Origin: Eledone cirrhosa
Taxonomy: Eukaryota
DNA: 64,000 nt
Reading direction: 5' to 3'
Assembly: GCA_964016885.1 (NCBI GenBank)
Contig: OZ024740.1
Coordinates: 124,186,001-124,250,000 of the forward strand
Made by a program: the position numbers and the translations under genes. Under the pieces are notes generated by a model. That model saw only the letters and a list, made by a program, of their open reading frames with translations, was not told the origin of the DNA and did not search any database. Shown in pieces: positions 50,941-64,000 of this stretch (the first letter of the stretch is position 1; each line of letters opens with the position of its first letter).

Positions 50941-51896
50941 TAAATGAGAGGTATAGAGATTGTTTTAGCAAGAAGCTAACGGCATTCTATAACATATATG
51001 CGACTATAACGTCAAGATGGGAAAAGTAGTTAACGAAAGATTTAGGAAAAATAACTCAAACTCATCTCAAAAGAGAATCAGGATATAAATTCATCCACAG
51101 AATTTAGTAAAATCCAGGGAAAAATCTATAGACCTTTAACTCATGATAAAATAAAGTTTGAAACACTTATCCTTCAATTTGGAATAACATCAAATGCTCT
51201 GTATAGTCTTAAAAAACTATTTCATGAAAACTTTCAGTGGAGATGGTCACGGTTGGATTTCATTCATCAGCAGAGCTCAACAGAAACCAGGGCTCTCACA
51301 GTAATATAATCCGAAAAAGGGAATTCTAAAACTGGCTAGTTCGCCTTCATGTGTATTTATGAAAAAGCACATGAGGAAAAAACGGGGCTAGTGACGTCAG
51401 GATGGAAGTGAATGTTTATTTACAAGAAATAGCAGTCAAATACATTCTGAAAAAAACTCTACAAAAGGAGTTCAGCAAAATAGCAATAATTATCACAGTT
51501 TTTATGAAAAAAACCGGGATTAGTCACAGATAGTTTAAGCACTCTAGGAAAAGAATCCGAGTATAAATATAAATGAGAGGTATAGAGATTGTTTTAGCAA
51601 GAAGCTAACGGCATTCTATAACATATATGCGACTATAACGTCAAGATGGGAAAAGTAGTTAACGAAAGATTTAGGAAAAATAACTCAAACTCATCTCAAA
51701 AGAGAATCAGGATATAAATTCATCCACAGAATTTAGTAAAATCCAGGGAAAAATCTATAGACCTTTAACTCATGATAAAATAAAGTTTGAAACACTTATC
51801 CTTCAATTTGGAATAACATCAAATGCTCTGTATAGTCTTAAAAGACTATTTCATGAAAACTTTCAGTGGAGATGGTCACGGTTGGATGTCATTCAT
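50941..51896 (-). repeat. Partial-tandem element: 327-bp direct repeats (50941-51267, 51570-51896), period 629; candidate HHR at 51223-51275(-)
   Basis: Two differences between the copies. Minus strand reads TCTG CTGATGA-28 nt-GAAA GTT TT CATGA with a weak stem II. Confidence 0.8.
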
Positions 51897-51911
51897 ATAT
51901 ATATATATATA

Positions 51912-52090
51912 TATAGGTCTATGTATCCTGAGTTCAATCGGGGGTAACCACAGTAAGTAAGGTACTCAATACATAGCAGCGTATAAATATATAATATAGA
52001 AATGGCTTCTACAGAACTATATATTTATACTCTGCTATGTATTGAGTACATTACTTACTGTGGTTACCCCTGGTTGAACCCAGGATACAC
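51912..52090. repeat. Palindromic MITE-like element (~72-bp arms); related fragments at 50895-50924 and 39366-39447
   Basis: tgtatcctgagttcaa..gcgtataaatatata pairs with tatatatttatac..ttgaacccaggataca. Confidence 0.82.
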
Positions 52091-52091
52091 A

Positions 52092-52150
<59 letters not shown>

Positions 52151-54049
52151 GGCAAAAAGAAATCAGCTACGTGCTGAACATCAAGAAATTTTGATTTTTT
52201 TAGATTATAATTTAGAGCTTCTTAAAGTTGATTGTCTTAAATTTATTTTTTTTTAGTAACTTAAGATAACAGGAATAAATACACTTTAAACAGGTAATCA
52301 CAATCTTTATAATTTATCAATTAATTCCTTTCTAAAAGATGAATTAAATACACATCCTCACAAGTTGGTAGGAGGTTCTCTCTTCTACTTTGACACTAAC
52401 ATGCAGGGAATTATACTCCATTCCCAGGCTGTCCCAAGTATTCTCTAGTCATGTGGGAATAGAGTTATATTATACTGGTAGACTTTGATTGTGTGTCCTA
52501 GGAAATTATATATATATTTTTTATATAGTTCTACATGTTAAATCAAATGTGTTTTCTAAATATTTCCGTCACACATGGTTTTCCAACTCAAAACCAATAA
52601 TGGCTAATTATCAAAACAAAATAATCAGCTAAAATGAAGCCAAATAAGATTAATTAACAAAATCACTGACATGGCTGTTACTAATTATCTGCTGATTAAT
52701 CAGGGCAACTCGGGTGTAGAGTAGATTTACACAGCAACAAAAATTGACTGGTTAAAATCATTATTTTCTGATTCTATCATACTACTAATGGCAATTTATT
52801 CCCATGATATCTGTCTTTCTTATCTCCAGTTCCTATTTATTCTGATTCTAACCATTTTTTATTTGGTAAACATATAATAATGATTTCTAATTTATGCACA
52901 ACGCTACCAATTTGGGAGAAGGAGAAAGTCAATTAAAGGGGTCAGATTTGAAGTCAGAATTTAAACAGCCATAACTAAATACTCCAGGTCCTTTTGTCTG
53001 AACCTCAATAGTAATTTCTTACATTTAGAAAATAGTCACACATAAAACAAATATCAAAAATGTAAATGTTGAAGATAGAACCAACATATAAAATCAGATA
53101 AAGTAGGCAACAAAATGCCACACATCCCAATATGCTCATGAACAAAAACCACTTCAAGAGAATACAACCTTAAATACAAATGAAAGGATATACAGGAACA
53201 AAAATATAGGTAAAATAAATGTTGAAGACAGAATTCATGACTGCAATAGGATACAGGTGAAAATAATCCAAGAATCCCAAGCAATATATCTCTATAGAGA
53301 TGAATGAATACACCTAGCAATGATAAAATCATTCGTGAAATAGCAACAATTATACAAAACACTGACCTTGGTTGTGACCGCTTCCCAGTTCTGATCCAAA
53401 GCACTTTTACTGGATAGTCAGTCCAGTGGTAGATATTTCTACTGGCTATCATGGTCTTGCCTATCCCTATGTCAACTTTCAAGCCCATTGATTGTTCGAG
53501 TTAATGTAAGCCCCAGTAGGAAGGGAGAGTCAATTAAATCAGCCTCAGTTCTTGACCGATACTTTACTTTATTGACCTTGGAAGGATGAAAAGCAAAGTG
53601 GAGCTCAATGAGGCTGGAGTTCAAAGTGTAAAGAACCCCATTACAATAAAGTTTTTTTATTAGTCACTGGAGATAGTGAGACATATCAATTCCTTTTGAC
53701 CAAAACATTGCCCAGAAAGAAATAAAAAAAAACTAGCAGAAATCCAAGAATCTGGAAATTGAAATAGACAGGCTGTGATATATGAAATTGAAACCAATAA
53801 TACCAACAATAATTTTAGCTGCTATAAATGATAAAAAGAAAAGGAAAAGGGAAGTGGCCCTCTTTAGTCTTGAGACTGGTTATGGATTTTGCACCTATGA
53901 CTGACTGACCATGAGTTTGCATCTTGAAGCCACAACTCTGGGCAGGGCTTTTTTGTGAGTGACCTGCTGCTGTGGATTGCCCATGTATGCATTTCATTCT
54001 TGTTCAAGTGTAAGGCAAAGGCTGATACTGTTTGGCATGTTTATTTTTC

Positions 54050-54180
54050 CAACTCATTTTGTCAGCTGAGTGGACTGAAGCAACATGAAATTAAATGTCT
54101 TACCACAGACTATAATGTGCGACCACTTCAAGCATAACATTCATGAACTTACAATCATAAGCCCAGTGCACAAAAACTAA
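54050..54180 (-). mobile_element. Decayed tRNA-SINE (7497 family)
   Basis: actcattttgtcagctgagtggactgaagcaacatgaaattaaatgtctt is the reverse complement of the family core. Confidence 0.65.
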
Positions 54181-55784
54181 TGCTTACAACTACACACAAC
54201 CCGGAAATAGGTCTGTAAGACACAGCTCATCTTAAGTAAATAGCTTAAGTCTTAAAGTATATTTTCCACACAAATCACACAAGCCATACTCAACTCAATC
54301 ATCACCTGATAATGAAACACAAACCACCCAATATATACTCGATAAAAATCACCACCCAATAAACAAACACAATAATAACAGCCCATAGTCTACTCAATCA
54401 GCATTCTATTCTATATAATATGAAATGTTTCAAGTTCAGTCACACGGAAAAATATGTTATCACCTATAGTCTTGGAGTGATCAATGCCTGTAAATGAAAT
54501 TTGTAAATGAAAGCTGTGTGCAAAATTATTGTATGTATATATGCATGTGTGTGTGTGTGAAATTGTATATATTAATCTCAAAACCTTATGTCATTGTTTT
54601 ATGTAAGAGCCTTCATATACCTGCTTAATAATAAGGAAGTTTGTTACATTACTCATTTGGTAACAAAAGGGTTAACATGTAGGCAGTCTTGTTCTCATTA
54701 TATGTCAGAACATTAATTTCTTGATATAATAAATGAGGAATTTTATTATAATAATACCTACTTAACACCTAACTAGAACATCGAAGGCATCAACGAAAAA
54801 AAATTACTGACAGCTAATCAATGTGGCTAATAGACTATTAGCTCTGAAAACATATTGTGTAATAAGGTGATAAAACATTTGGCAATTTACCAAATTATTA
54901 GAGTGAAGCAGAATGGGTGTAGAACACCGTTCTAGTTAACAGCTGACAATACCTTATTAAGATATGATGAAGTAAAATAAAAAAAAAAGCCTGTCACATT
55001 TCAGTAGATTATAAAATATAAAGCTTTTTAAATGAACCTCATAAATGCAGGAAGTTTACAAAAGTTAAAATATTGTGGTAAATGTCGTACAATAAGAAAC
55101 TGGCATTCAGTTCAGCAAACCATTTAGGAATATAACTGAAATAAATGTAGTAAGTTAATTACCACTGCAGCAACAAAATTCTCACAAGATAGTCAGTTAA
55201 TTTCAACAGCTGAAATCTAAAGCCAAAGGAGAAGATAAAATCGACTTAGAAACATAAAATCTTGTAACTATAATGAATAATAGTAAAGACAAGCCTTTAC
55301 TAATGCTGAAGTTGAATGCTTCACATAATAAAAACAAATTTTCTCTAGATGAGAGAATTACCAAGAAGATAATAAAACTCTGTGAGGCAGTAGAAGATGC
55401 ATCTGTCATATAGAAACAGGCTAACACATCTTGTTATGTTGAGAAGATCATATACAAATATTGTATTGACTCCTAAACACTACGTTATATTTTGTAAGTT
55501 CTTTGAACAGAAATCTTCCAAAAATAAATTGAGGGAAAATTAAATTGCAAATCTATGATCTATTACTCATCCTATTTGAACGTCTCAAATATAAAATTAT
55601 GTAACACTTAGTACACTCTGTAAAATGGTTGACAAATGAACCAAGACAGTGTAGAGTAGATAGGACCCTTTGGTCTTGCTGAAGAATTGATAACCTTTCT
55701 AGTGCCATTATAAAATGTTCTCAGTATACTCCTTAAACAAAATATTGTAACTATAATGAATTATAGTAAAGGTAAGCCTCATAT

Positions 55785-55960
55785 AATAATTGTTTCTACT
55801 TTTGGCACAATGCCAGCAATTATCACAGTGCATTACTGGTGCTTTATTTCATCATCCCCGTGAGGATGAAAGGCAAAGTTCACGTCAGTGGCATTTGAAA
55901 TTAGAACGTAAAGGGCCGTAACACTATGCTGAAAAGCAGGGCGTTCGACCCTCTATCGAT
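55785..55960 (-). mobile_element. tRNA-SINE (57711 family) interrupting the second copy of a ~130-bp local duplication (55252-55379 vs 55735-56036)
   Basis: ttgtttctacttttggcacaatgccagcaatta..ggatgaaaggcaaagtt..atttgaa. Confidence 0.75.
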
Positions 55961-57317
55961 GCTAGACTGGTAATCTTCCCATCATAAAAACAAATCTTCT
56001 CTAGATGAGAGAATTGCCTAGAAGATAATCATAACTCCCATGATCAAAATGTGGTTCTCCAACCCATCTAATTTCACACTGTGATGCCCTATTTAACCCC
56101 TACCAGCATGAAATGATGATAATATAAACAAAGAATTTTCCATTGATAATCATAGTCAGAAGTGCATGAGGGACAAACCTGACCTGAGCTGGGGCTTGGA
56201 GGGAAATGAATAAATGATGAATTAAATCTATTACTCAAGAACAGGATACCTTCAATAAATTGCTAATCAATTTCAATCTGGTAAATTTCACTTATAAGGC
56301 TTTGGTCAATCACCCAAACTATGGTAGAACCCTACATCATGAAGTTGAGAAACAAATTTGTTGACCATACAGCCATCCCTCTACCTATCATAGCAATATC
56401 AAATGACTATAATTTCATGCAGAAGGGAAATGAGAAGCTAATTAATTATACTGATAGCTAAGAAATTATGACAGAAGCCATACTGTAATATGTAAGAGGT
56501 TTTCTAATAATTTCATTATTATTACTTGCATAAATCAAGGAAGCAGATTTATTTGTGTATAAAAAATGACTGGTTAGTTACGACACAAAATTAAGTTTAA
56601 AACAAAACAATAGCTAACAAATGCTGATAAATAAAGTAATTTAAAAAGAAATGGAATGAAGATATATAAAATGTAATATCAGATTTGTTTCCCATAACCA
56701 TATTCTGTTAGCAAATGTTTCTTAACTCAGGATGTAGCATTACCACTAACTGCCACAAGCAAATAGATAAATAAATGTCAACATAAGAGCTTTATTAAAG
56801 GGTAGGTGAATGATACAACAAATAATTTCAAGTGCATTTATGAACTCTATTCATCATCTGCTGTTATGAGGACCAACAATTTATCTAGTAATTCTAGTTC
56901 AAATCTGATACATTTTTTATGATGAAAAAACATATCTTAGGATCCCTGCAAGGAGTACTGGCCCATCAAATATATGTATATATTTATATATATATTTGCT
57001 GATTGAATATACACATATTTTTGCGCCCCTACACACACACCTCCCTCCACAAACACACAAACAAAAATGTTTTTCACTCTTTTCTCTTCTCGCTTTCTAC
57101 CTTTCTATTTCACATTTTATTTTTCATTCTATCTTCTAATCAAGGACTAATTTCCGTAAGATTAAGATTTTGGTTGTGATACCAACACAACTTTACAGTG
57201 TAAGGGTGGTGTTAACAAAAGTGCGTGGGAGGTGTATGGAAAGGTGTATAGTGGTTAATAGATACCTACTAGAAGTATGTTTGAGTCTGTACTCATGGGA
57301 AGGCACGTCTTCTGTAT

Positions 57318-57348
<31 letters not shown>

Positions 57349-57710
57349 AAATAAGTCCATTATTGTTCCAGTCAGTTCACAAACACTCTCCAAATACCTT
57401 AAACTGATCACCGGCTTGCACTCATGAATGTTGTCAAACCAAACCGTACTAACCCTCCAAATTCAGCGGACCACACATCTTCTTAAACTCTGCATATGCA
57501 ACCAGACTACAAGACGCACCTATATCATCATCATCATCATCATTTTATGTCCGCTTTTCCCTGCTTACAACACTTATTGGTTGGGTGGAAGATTGAAGGG
57601 CAAAAAGGGGCCTGCAGTACTTGAATGCCTAGGGATCCAGCTATGGGTTAATATAATTCAGCATTCAACATTTCTGTCCAGGTCTACTTACATTATTTAA
57701 CACTTTTGTG

Positions 57711-57896
57711 GGCGGTGAATTGGCAGTATCGGTAGAGAGTTGGACGCCATGCTTTGACGCATAGAGTTACTGCCCTTGCCATTCTGAGTTCAAATCCCGC
57801 CGAGGTTAACTTTGCCTTTCATCCTTACGGGGTCGATAAAATAAAGTACCAGTAATGTACTGGGTAATTGCTGGCCTTGTGCCAAAAGTACAAACA
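57711..57896 (+). mobile_element. tRNA-derived SINE with a 19-bp TSD
   Basis: A box TGGCAGTATCGG, B box GAGTTCAAATCC and core actttgcctttcatcc..ggggtcgataaaat. TSD ATTATTTAACACTTTTGTG at 57692-57710 and 57897-57915. Confidence 0.92.
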
Positions 57897-59424
57897 ATTA
57901 TTTAACACTTTTGTGAAAATAAGCAGATATGCTAATAAAATACTTTAATCAAAATACTAATAACATCGCATGCTATTATTATATGAATAAGCTACTTAGC
58001 GAATAAAATATAAAGAAAATCATTATCATCATTTTACATTTGTTTTCAATGCTGTTATGGTTTGAATAGGTCACCAGAGTATGTTAGAGTTCTTATAGGA
58101 AGTTACTGTACTACTAGACAGATTAGAGGACTGCACCTCACCATTACCTTCCATTTTGGGCATGGTTTCTACAACTCACCACTTTTCAGAGTGTACTAAA
58201 ATTTAATTTATTGTAATCCCAATAAAGATATATTATAAATCCAAAATTACATTACTGCTTCCATTTTAACATTCATTTTGCCATGCTAGAATGTGGATTG
58301 ATCTTCTCCAGTATTGCATCTTACTTCTCAATGTTGCTTTTTATGAGGTTCAACGTCTTGAGATCAGCCTTCATAAATTCTTCCAATATACATCTGTACA
58401 ATGTGGCAATATTGTTATGTGAGTGGTTAATTGAAATGAGGAAGTGTTGAATCATTTCCGACAAACATTTGCAAGTGAGACAGCAACATTTATTTGGACA
58501 CATAATGTAATCTCTACAACAGAAACTGTTACTTTTATATTGAACTTTTCAGTCACAGGTTGTGATGCTCTTAAATGTTATCTACAAAATACTACATCAA
58601 ACATGCTTCGCATAGGCAGCCATGCTCGAGGGAGTCCTTTAAGATAACAATGTAAAGGAAGGAAGTGATCAATGATGGAGATAGTCTAAATATGATACAA
58701 ACCATCAATAGAAAAAACAAGAATATTGAGCATCAGAGAAGAAACGATACAGTATTATAAATGTGAATGGTAGGCTCATAATTATTTCCAGCATGAAACA
58801 TTGTGCATGAAACTGATAAAAAATAATAACACTGCCATGCATAAGTGTACTATCAGGGAGATTAATATGCATCAAATTTTCTAAGGAATTTAGTGTGCAA
58901 GAAATTCATTAGAGCTAGGTAGTCAACTGCAAACTTTTCCTGATACTTCTTAAAATTACAATGCATGAATTTTATATAACATTAACAACTATCAAATATC
59001 TTCTTTTTGTCAAGTAAAATTTTCAGTGATGCAAAACCTTATGGGGATAGTAAAGGAACACAAGTAGAGGGATGTTTTTTTTTTCTGGAGAGGAGCCATC
59101 TAACTCATGTATGCATTGGAAAGGGGATGTGAACATTATCAAGATAACTACTTGCTCCACACAATCAAAGAGTTGTAGAGCATGTTCCAAATATGTAATA
59201 ATGCTCCTGGAGTTTAAAGACTAGATTTCAACATGGCAACAGATAAACAAACAAAAGTAATAGAGCTAACAAAATAAGTGGGTCAATTAGGGAATGGGTT
59301 ACGTTATTAGGAAAAGGCAGTAGTTCAATATTGTATACTGATAGGTAAACCTTATTGAAAATACACTAATTCTTTAAGTAGAGTTTATAGAAAGGTCAAC
59401 TATGTAAGCCTAAAATGTTTCATT

Positions 59425-59625
59425 ATATGGGTTTCTGATTTAGGCACAAGAGCAAAAAAATCTGGGAGGGGGGGGGGGTCAATTTAATTTACCCTAGTAC
59501 ATTACTCGTACTTTATTTTATCGAGCCTGTAAGGATGAAAGATGATGTTTGAACTCAGAATGTAATAAGTTGTAACTAAATGCCACAAAGCATTTTGCTG
59601 AAACCTCTACTGGTTCTGCCAAAAT
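59425..59625 (-). mobile_element. Decayed tRNA-SINE (57711 family)
   Basis: ggcacaag..gtactttattttatcga..ggatgaaag..tttgaactcagaatg..ttctgccaa. Confidence 0.7.
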
Positions 59626-61111
59626 TTTTCATATGTTACATTAGGAATATCTGGTTACACCATTGATGGAAAAGAATTTCAGGAAAGTGTATAGCTGAAC
59701 ATTAAAATCATAAGGTGATGTATACAGGAAGTATTATTTTGGGGTGCAAAGATATGTTATGCAAAGGGAAAAAGGAATTATGTTAGAAAATGTACTATAT
59801 GTGCCAGTAAAGGAAGCTGCATTAGAGGAAATCTGAAGAAAACCAGAAGGCAGAAAGAAGTAATAAGATCAGATCTCAGGGTGGTGAGGTGCAGAAATAA
59901 AGCAGCAAAAGATCAACAGATGTGATGTTATGCTCTACAGTAGACCTAGTCAACCCATGTAAACATTCAAAAAAGAAACAAAACAATGTACAAATGAGGT
60001 GTTTATGTGTTTCTATCCTAGTATGTGAATATATAATTCAATTATATCTTTCACTCCCACTCTCTCTCTTTGTATATATATATGTGTGTGTGTGTGATTA
60101 CATATGCTAATAGAGAAATACATGCTTAGCAACAAAAACACATACAAACATAGTTATTTTATTAGTACGTACACACTCATGAAAAATAAAAAAAAAACAT
60201 TATTTAGAAAAACATTTTCAAAAACTTCTCTTTGATTTTTGTCAGACGCCACAGTGAACCAATTATAGTTATCTTGAAGTAACTGCAATATATTTCCAGT
60301 TAACTTTTGTGAACAACTATGACAGTTCACCAAAAACATATGCACGTATATACTATAAGAGATGAAGACATATATACACACACATTTGTAGACAAAGTAT
60401 TTATGTTCTATAAGCATAACCGCAGGCCCACACTCAATACTTAAAATGTACACATACATAAAGATATATATGCAACGGACAAATATACACATGTGTATAT
60501 ACTATTTATGTATTAAACAAACATACACACATTGATATGCATTGAACAAGTAGACATATATACCACAGTAAATAGCTTACTTTCAACTACACATACATGG
60601 CTTATAGGCAGAATAGGTGTAGTCTTTTACCATCAAAATTGCCTCATACACACATGCACAAATAGATTGTTTAGTGCTTGTTTTACTTCTAGATAAAACA
60701 AAACTATACACATAATATCATCAAATTAACTTTTCCATTACTTTTCTCATTGACTATAATCAGATAAAAGTCCCCCAAAACTTCCAATAATTTCATATTC
60801 ATTTTTTGGTTTTGTTTACATTTAATATCCATTTCCCATGTATATATGTATATGGGTATGACAAAATTCATCCCTGAAGACAAACTACCACTGTAGTAAT
60901 TTTGTTTTATTTTAAATTCTATATCTGATACACATCCTAACAGCCAGTAAGTACATGGTGGCACCAACTATGATAAATACACCACACAAATGAAAAGAAT
61001 GTCACAATAAATTTCTTTTTTACAATATTTATTTAAAAAGGAATGATCCTAGACACAACTATATTACTATCTAACATTTCCATTTATTTTGAATGACAAA
61101 ACAGGCATATA

Positions 61112-61148
<37 letters not shown>

Positions 61149-61187
61149 CATTGTATGTATATACACACACATGTGTATGTTTGAGTG

Positions 61188-61234
<47 letters not shown>

Positions 61235-61235
<1 letters not shown>

Positions 61236-64000
61236 TCCAAGTTGGTACCATCAATGTTAGCACAATGAGAGGAAGAGCAGGAGAGATCATAGAAATGCTA
61301 GAGCGAAAGAAAATTGATGTATGCTGTGTGCAAGAGACTAGATGGAGAGGAGAGTCTGCTAGAGTCCTTGTAGGAAAAAGTCAGTGCTAAAAATGACAAT
61401 GGGATGGGTGGTGTAGGTATACTACTAGCTGACAAGTGGGTAGATAAAGTAATCTCAGTGTACAGGGTAAATGCAAGAATCATTAAACTCAAACTAGTCC
61501 TGCATAGAACAATTACCACAATAAAATCAGCTTACGCACCCCAATCGGGGTTGCCAGACGAACTTAAGGATAGATTTTACGAGTCCCTAATGCACACTAC
61601 TGCTCTAACAAACAACAATGACTTCTTAATCATCGCAGGAGATTTTAACGGACACGTAGGTAAACACTGTGACGCCTTCAATAGAGTTCATTGAGGCCAC
61701 AGGGTTGGCACAAGAAATGAAAAATGATTCAGACTTCTAGAATTCTGCGACGCCAATGACATGTCGATATGTAACACAAATTTGAAAAATCCCGACAACC
61801 ACCTGATCACCTATAGATCAGGGGAGCATTCTAGTCAGATATATTTTATCCTAATCAGAGGATGTGACAGATGGACGGTCGTGAACAAAAAAGCCTACCA
61901 TAGTGAGGAATGTACCTCCCAAGCCCAACAGAGCTTAGTTGTCAGCGACCTCGCAGTCAGAACTAGATGCACCTGGAAACAGAGGCCAACCTGGAGAAGA
62001 AAGATCTGGAAGCTGAAAGACCCCTCAGCCAGTAACAGATTTAAAGATATTTTACTCAACGCCTACGAGAGTAAAGAAGAACTGATACAGACATTCAATG
62101 TAGAAGACCACTGGGAGTTCCTAAAAAATAACTTACTAGAGGCGACGGATGTGATGTGTGGCTGGAGTAAGACCACAAGCAGGAGGAGAGTGACTTGGTG
62201 GTGGAACAATAAGGTAGATGAGGCAGTTAAGGCCAAGAGACAGGCATGGAAAGAATGGAAGAACGGGAGGAGCAGGGTACATTACATAGAGACCAAGAGG
62301 GAAGCTAGGCAACAAGTATACTTAGCTAGGAGGGAAGCAGAGGATAGAAAATTCAAGCAGGTTTTGCAACGTGAGGACCAGAAACAGGAGGTGTTCAAGA
62401 TTGCGAGGCAGTGTGTCAGAGAGAATTGTGATGTCATTGGAGAGAAGTGTATCCGGAATGATAAAGGTGAGCTTGCCCTCACAAGTGCTGAGAAGAAAGA
62501 TGCATGGAAGAGCCATTATGATAAATTACTAAATGAGGAGAATGCATGGGAAGAAGAGACCCTACCCTAAGTAGACCCTATAGAGGAGCCAGCACTACAA
62601 GTCAACAGCAGCGTACTAAGTAAGGCAATCAAAGATATGAAGGTGGGGAAGGCAACCGGTCCATCAGGTATAGCTGCCGAGATACTGAAGGCATCTGGGT
62701 CTGTAGGTCACACTATAACCACATGTATTGTTAACCAGGTAATACTAGAAGGTGTCATACCAAAATATTGGTGCAGTAGCATCATTGTCAACTGCTACAA
62801 AGGTAAAGGTGATGCACTAGATAGAGGAAACTATAGAGGTTAAAAGCTGATGGACTAGGTCATGAAAGTAACAGAAAGAGTTATAGCATAGTTGATTAGG
62901 GACCAGGTGAAACTAGATGAGATGCAATTTGGGTTTGTACCAGGAAGAAGTACCACTGATGCCCTCTTCCTTGTGAGGCAGTTACAGGAAAAGTAGCTAG
63001 CTAAATGTAAGCCACTCTACCTGGCATTCTTCGATCTCGAGAAAGCCATTGACAGAGATCCACGTGCTGTAATCTAGAAGTAGATGAATGGCTTGTGAAA
63101 GCTGTACAAGCCATGTATAGGGGAGCAGTCAGCAAAGTTAGGATTAGCAATGACTATAGCGAGGAATTTAGCATATAGGTTGGTGTCCACCAGGGCTCTG
63201 TTCTTAGCCCTCGCCTGTTCATCACAGTCCACATGCAATAACAGAGGAGTTTAAGACCGGCTACCTATGGGAACTCCTGTATGCTGATGACCTCGCACTT
63301 ATAGCTGAATCTATGGTAGAACTAGAGAAGAAATTCCAAACTTGGAAGCAGGGACTAGAAAGAACCGGTCTCAAAGTCAACATGACAAACACTAAGGTCC
63401 TTGTAAGTCGACAAGAAAACAGAACCCAGATCCCCTCAGGGAAATGGCCTTGCTCAGTATGTAGGAAAGGTGTAGTTAGGAACTCCATTCTCTGCCCCAA
63501 ATGCAAACAATGGGTACACAAGAGATGTAGCGGGATCTCAAGAAGCTTAATTAAGATGTCGGCTTCACATGCAGCAGCTGTGCTAGGACAGCAAGCAGCA
63601 AACAGCTACAGGAAACAAGTACCACCAATATCTGGGAGGGCTCTGTAGAAACAGTAGACAGCTGCTGCTACCTAGGTGACTGAATTAGCAGCAGAGGTGG
63701 GTGTTCAGAAAGTACAATAACTAGGGTAAGAACGGGATGGAAGAAGTTCAGGGAACTGCTACCACTGCTAGCTGCAAAAGGCTTCTCCCTCAAAATGAAA
63801 GGCAAACTGTATGATGCGTGTATCCAAACAACAATGTTACATGGTAGTGAGACCTGGGCGGTGGAAGATTTACGTAGATTAGAAAGAAACGAAGCCTGTA
63901 TGCTCCGATGGATCTGTAATAGTAATATATGCGAACAACAAAGCATAAATGAATTGAGAGAGAAACTGAGCATAAGAGGAATCAAATGCTGTGTGCAGGA
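61235..64000 (+). mobile_element. RTE LINE (APE + RT), decayed; runs off the window end
   Basis: [80 protein letters not shown]; multiple stops. Confidence 0.95.

Noticed and set aside
53054-53488. 144-aa ORF
   Set aside because: No coherent domain; the start resembles a decayed LINE RT fragment (GLKV..KTM).
58320-58650. MULE-like transposase relic
   Set aside because: Only a faint by-eye resemblance (INHSHNNIATLYRCILEE); it needs a profile search.

Overview
AT-rich eukaryotic genomic DNA that is intergenic or intronic. The repeat content (long (TA)n tracts, RTE LINEs ending in (GAT)n, two tRNA-derived SINE families) suggests a cephalopod, probably Octopus; this is an inference. I found no convincing host protein-coding gene. 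The window is a patchwork of decayed retroelements: several RTE-type LINE relics, at least five Penelope-like element (PLE) relics, many SINEs, and one full-length but disabled Mag-like Ty3/Gypsy element (29713-34692, TSD GGTTA). The main signal is RNA-structural. About 16 hammerhead-ribozyme (HHR) motifs can be read by eye, and roughly 10 have an intact core. Five of them lie in a non-coding ~403-431 bp unit found in three tandem/inverted clusters (2980-3569, 44848-45945, 48110-48985). This looks like a non-LTR retrozyme family, with a candidate octamer/PSE-like/TATA promoter; in two clusters it is joined via (TA)n to 5'-truncated PLEs. All folds were derived by hand and none was tested.
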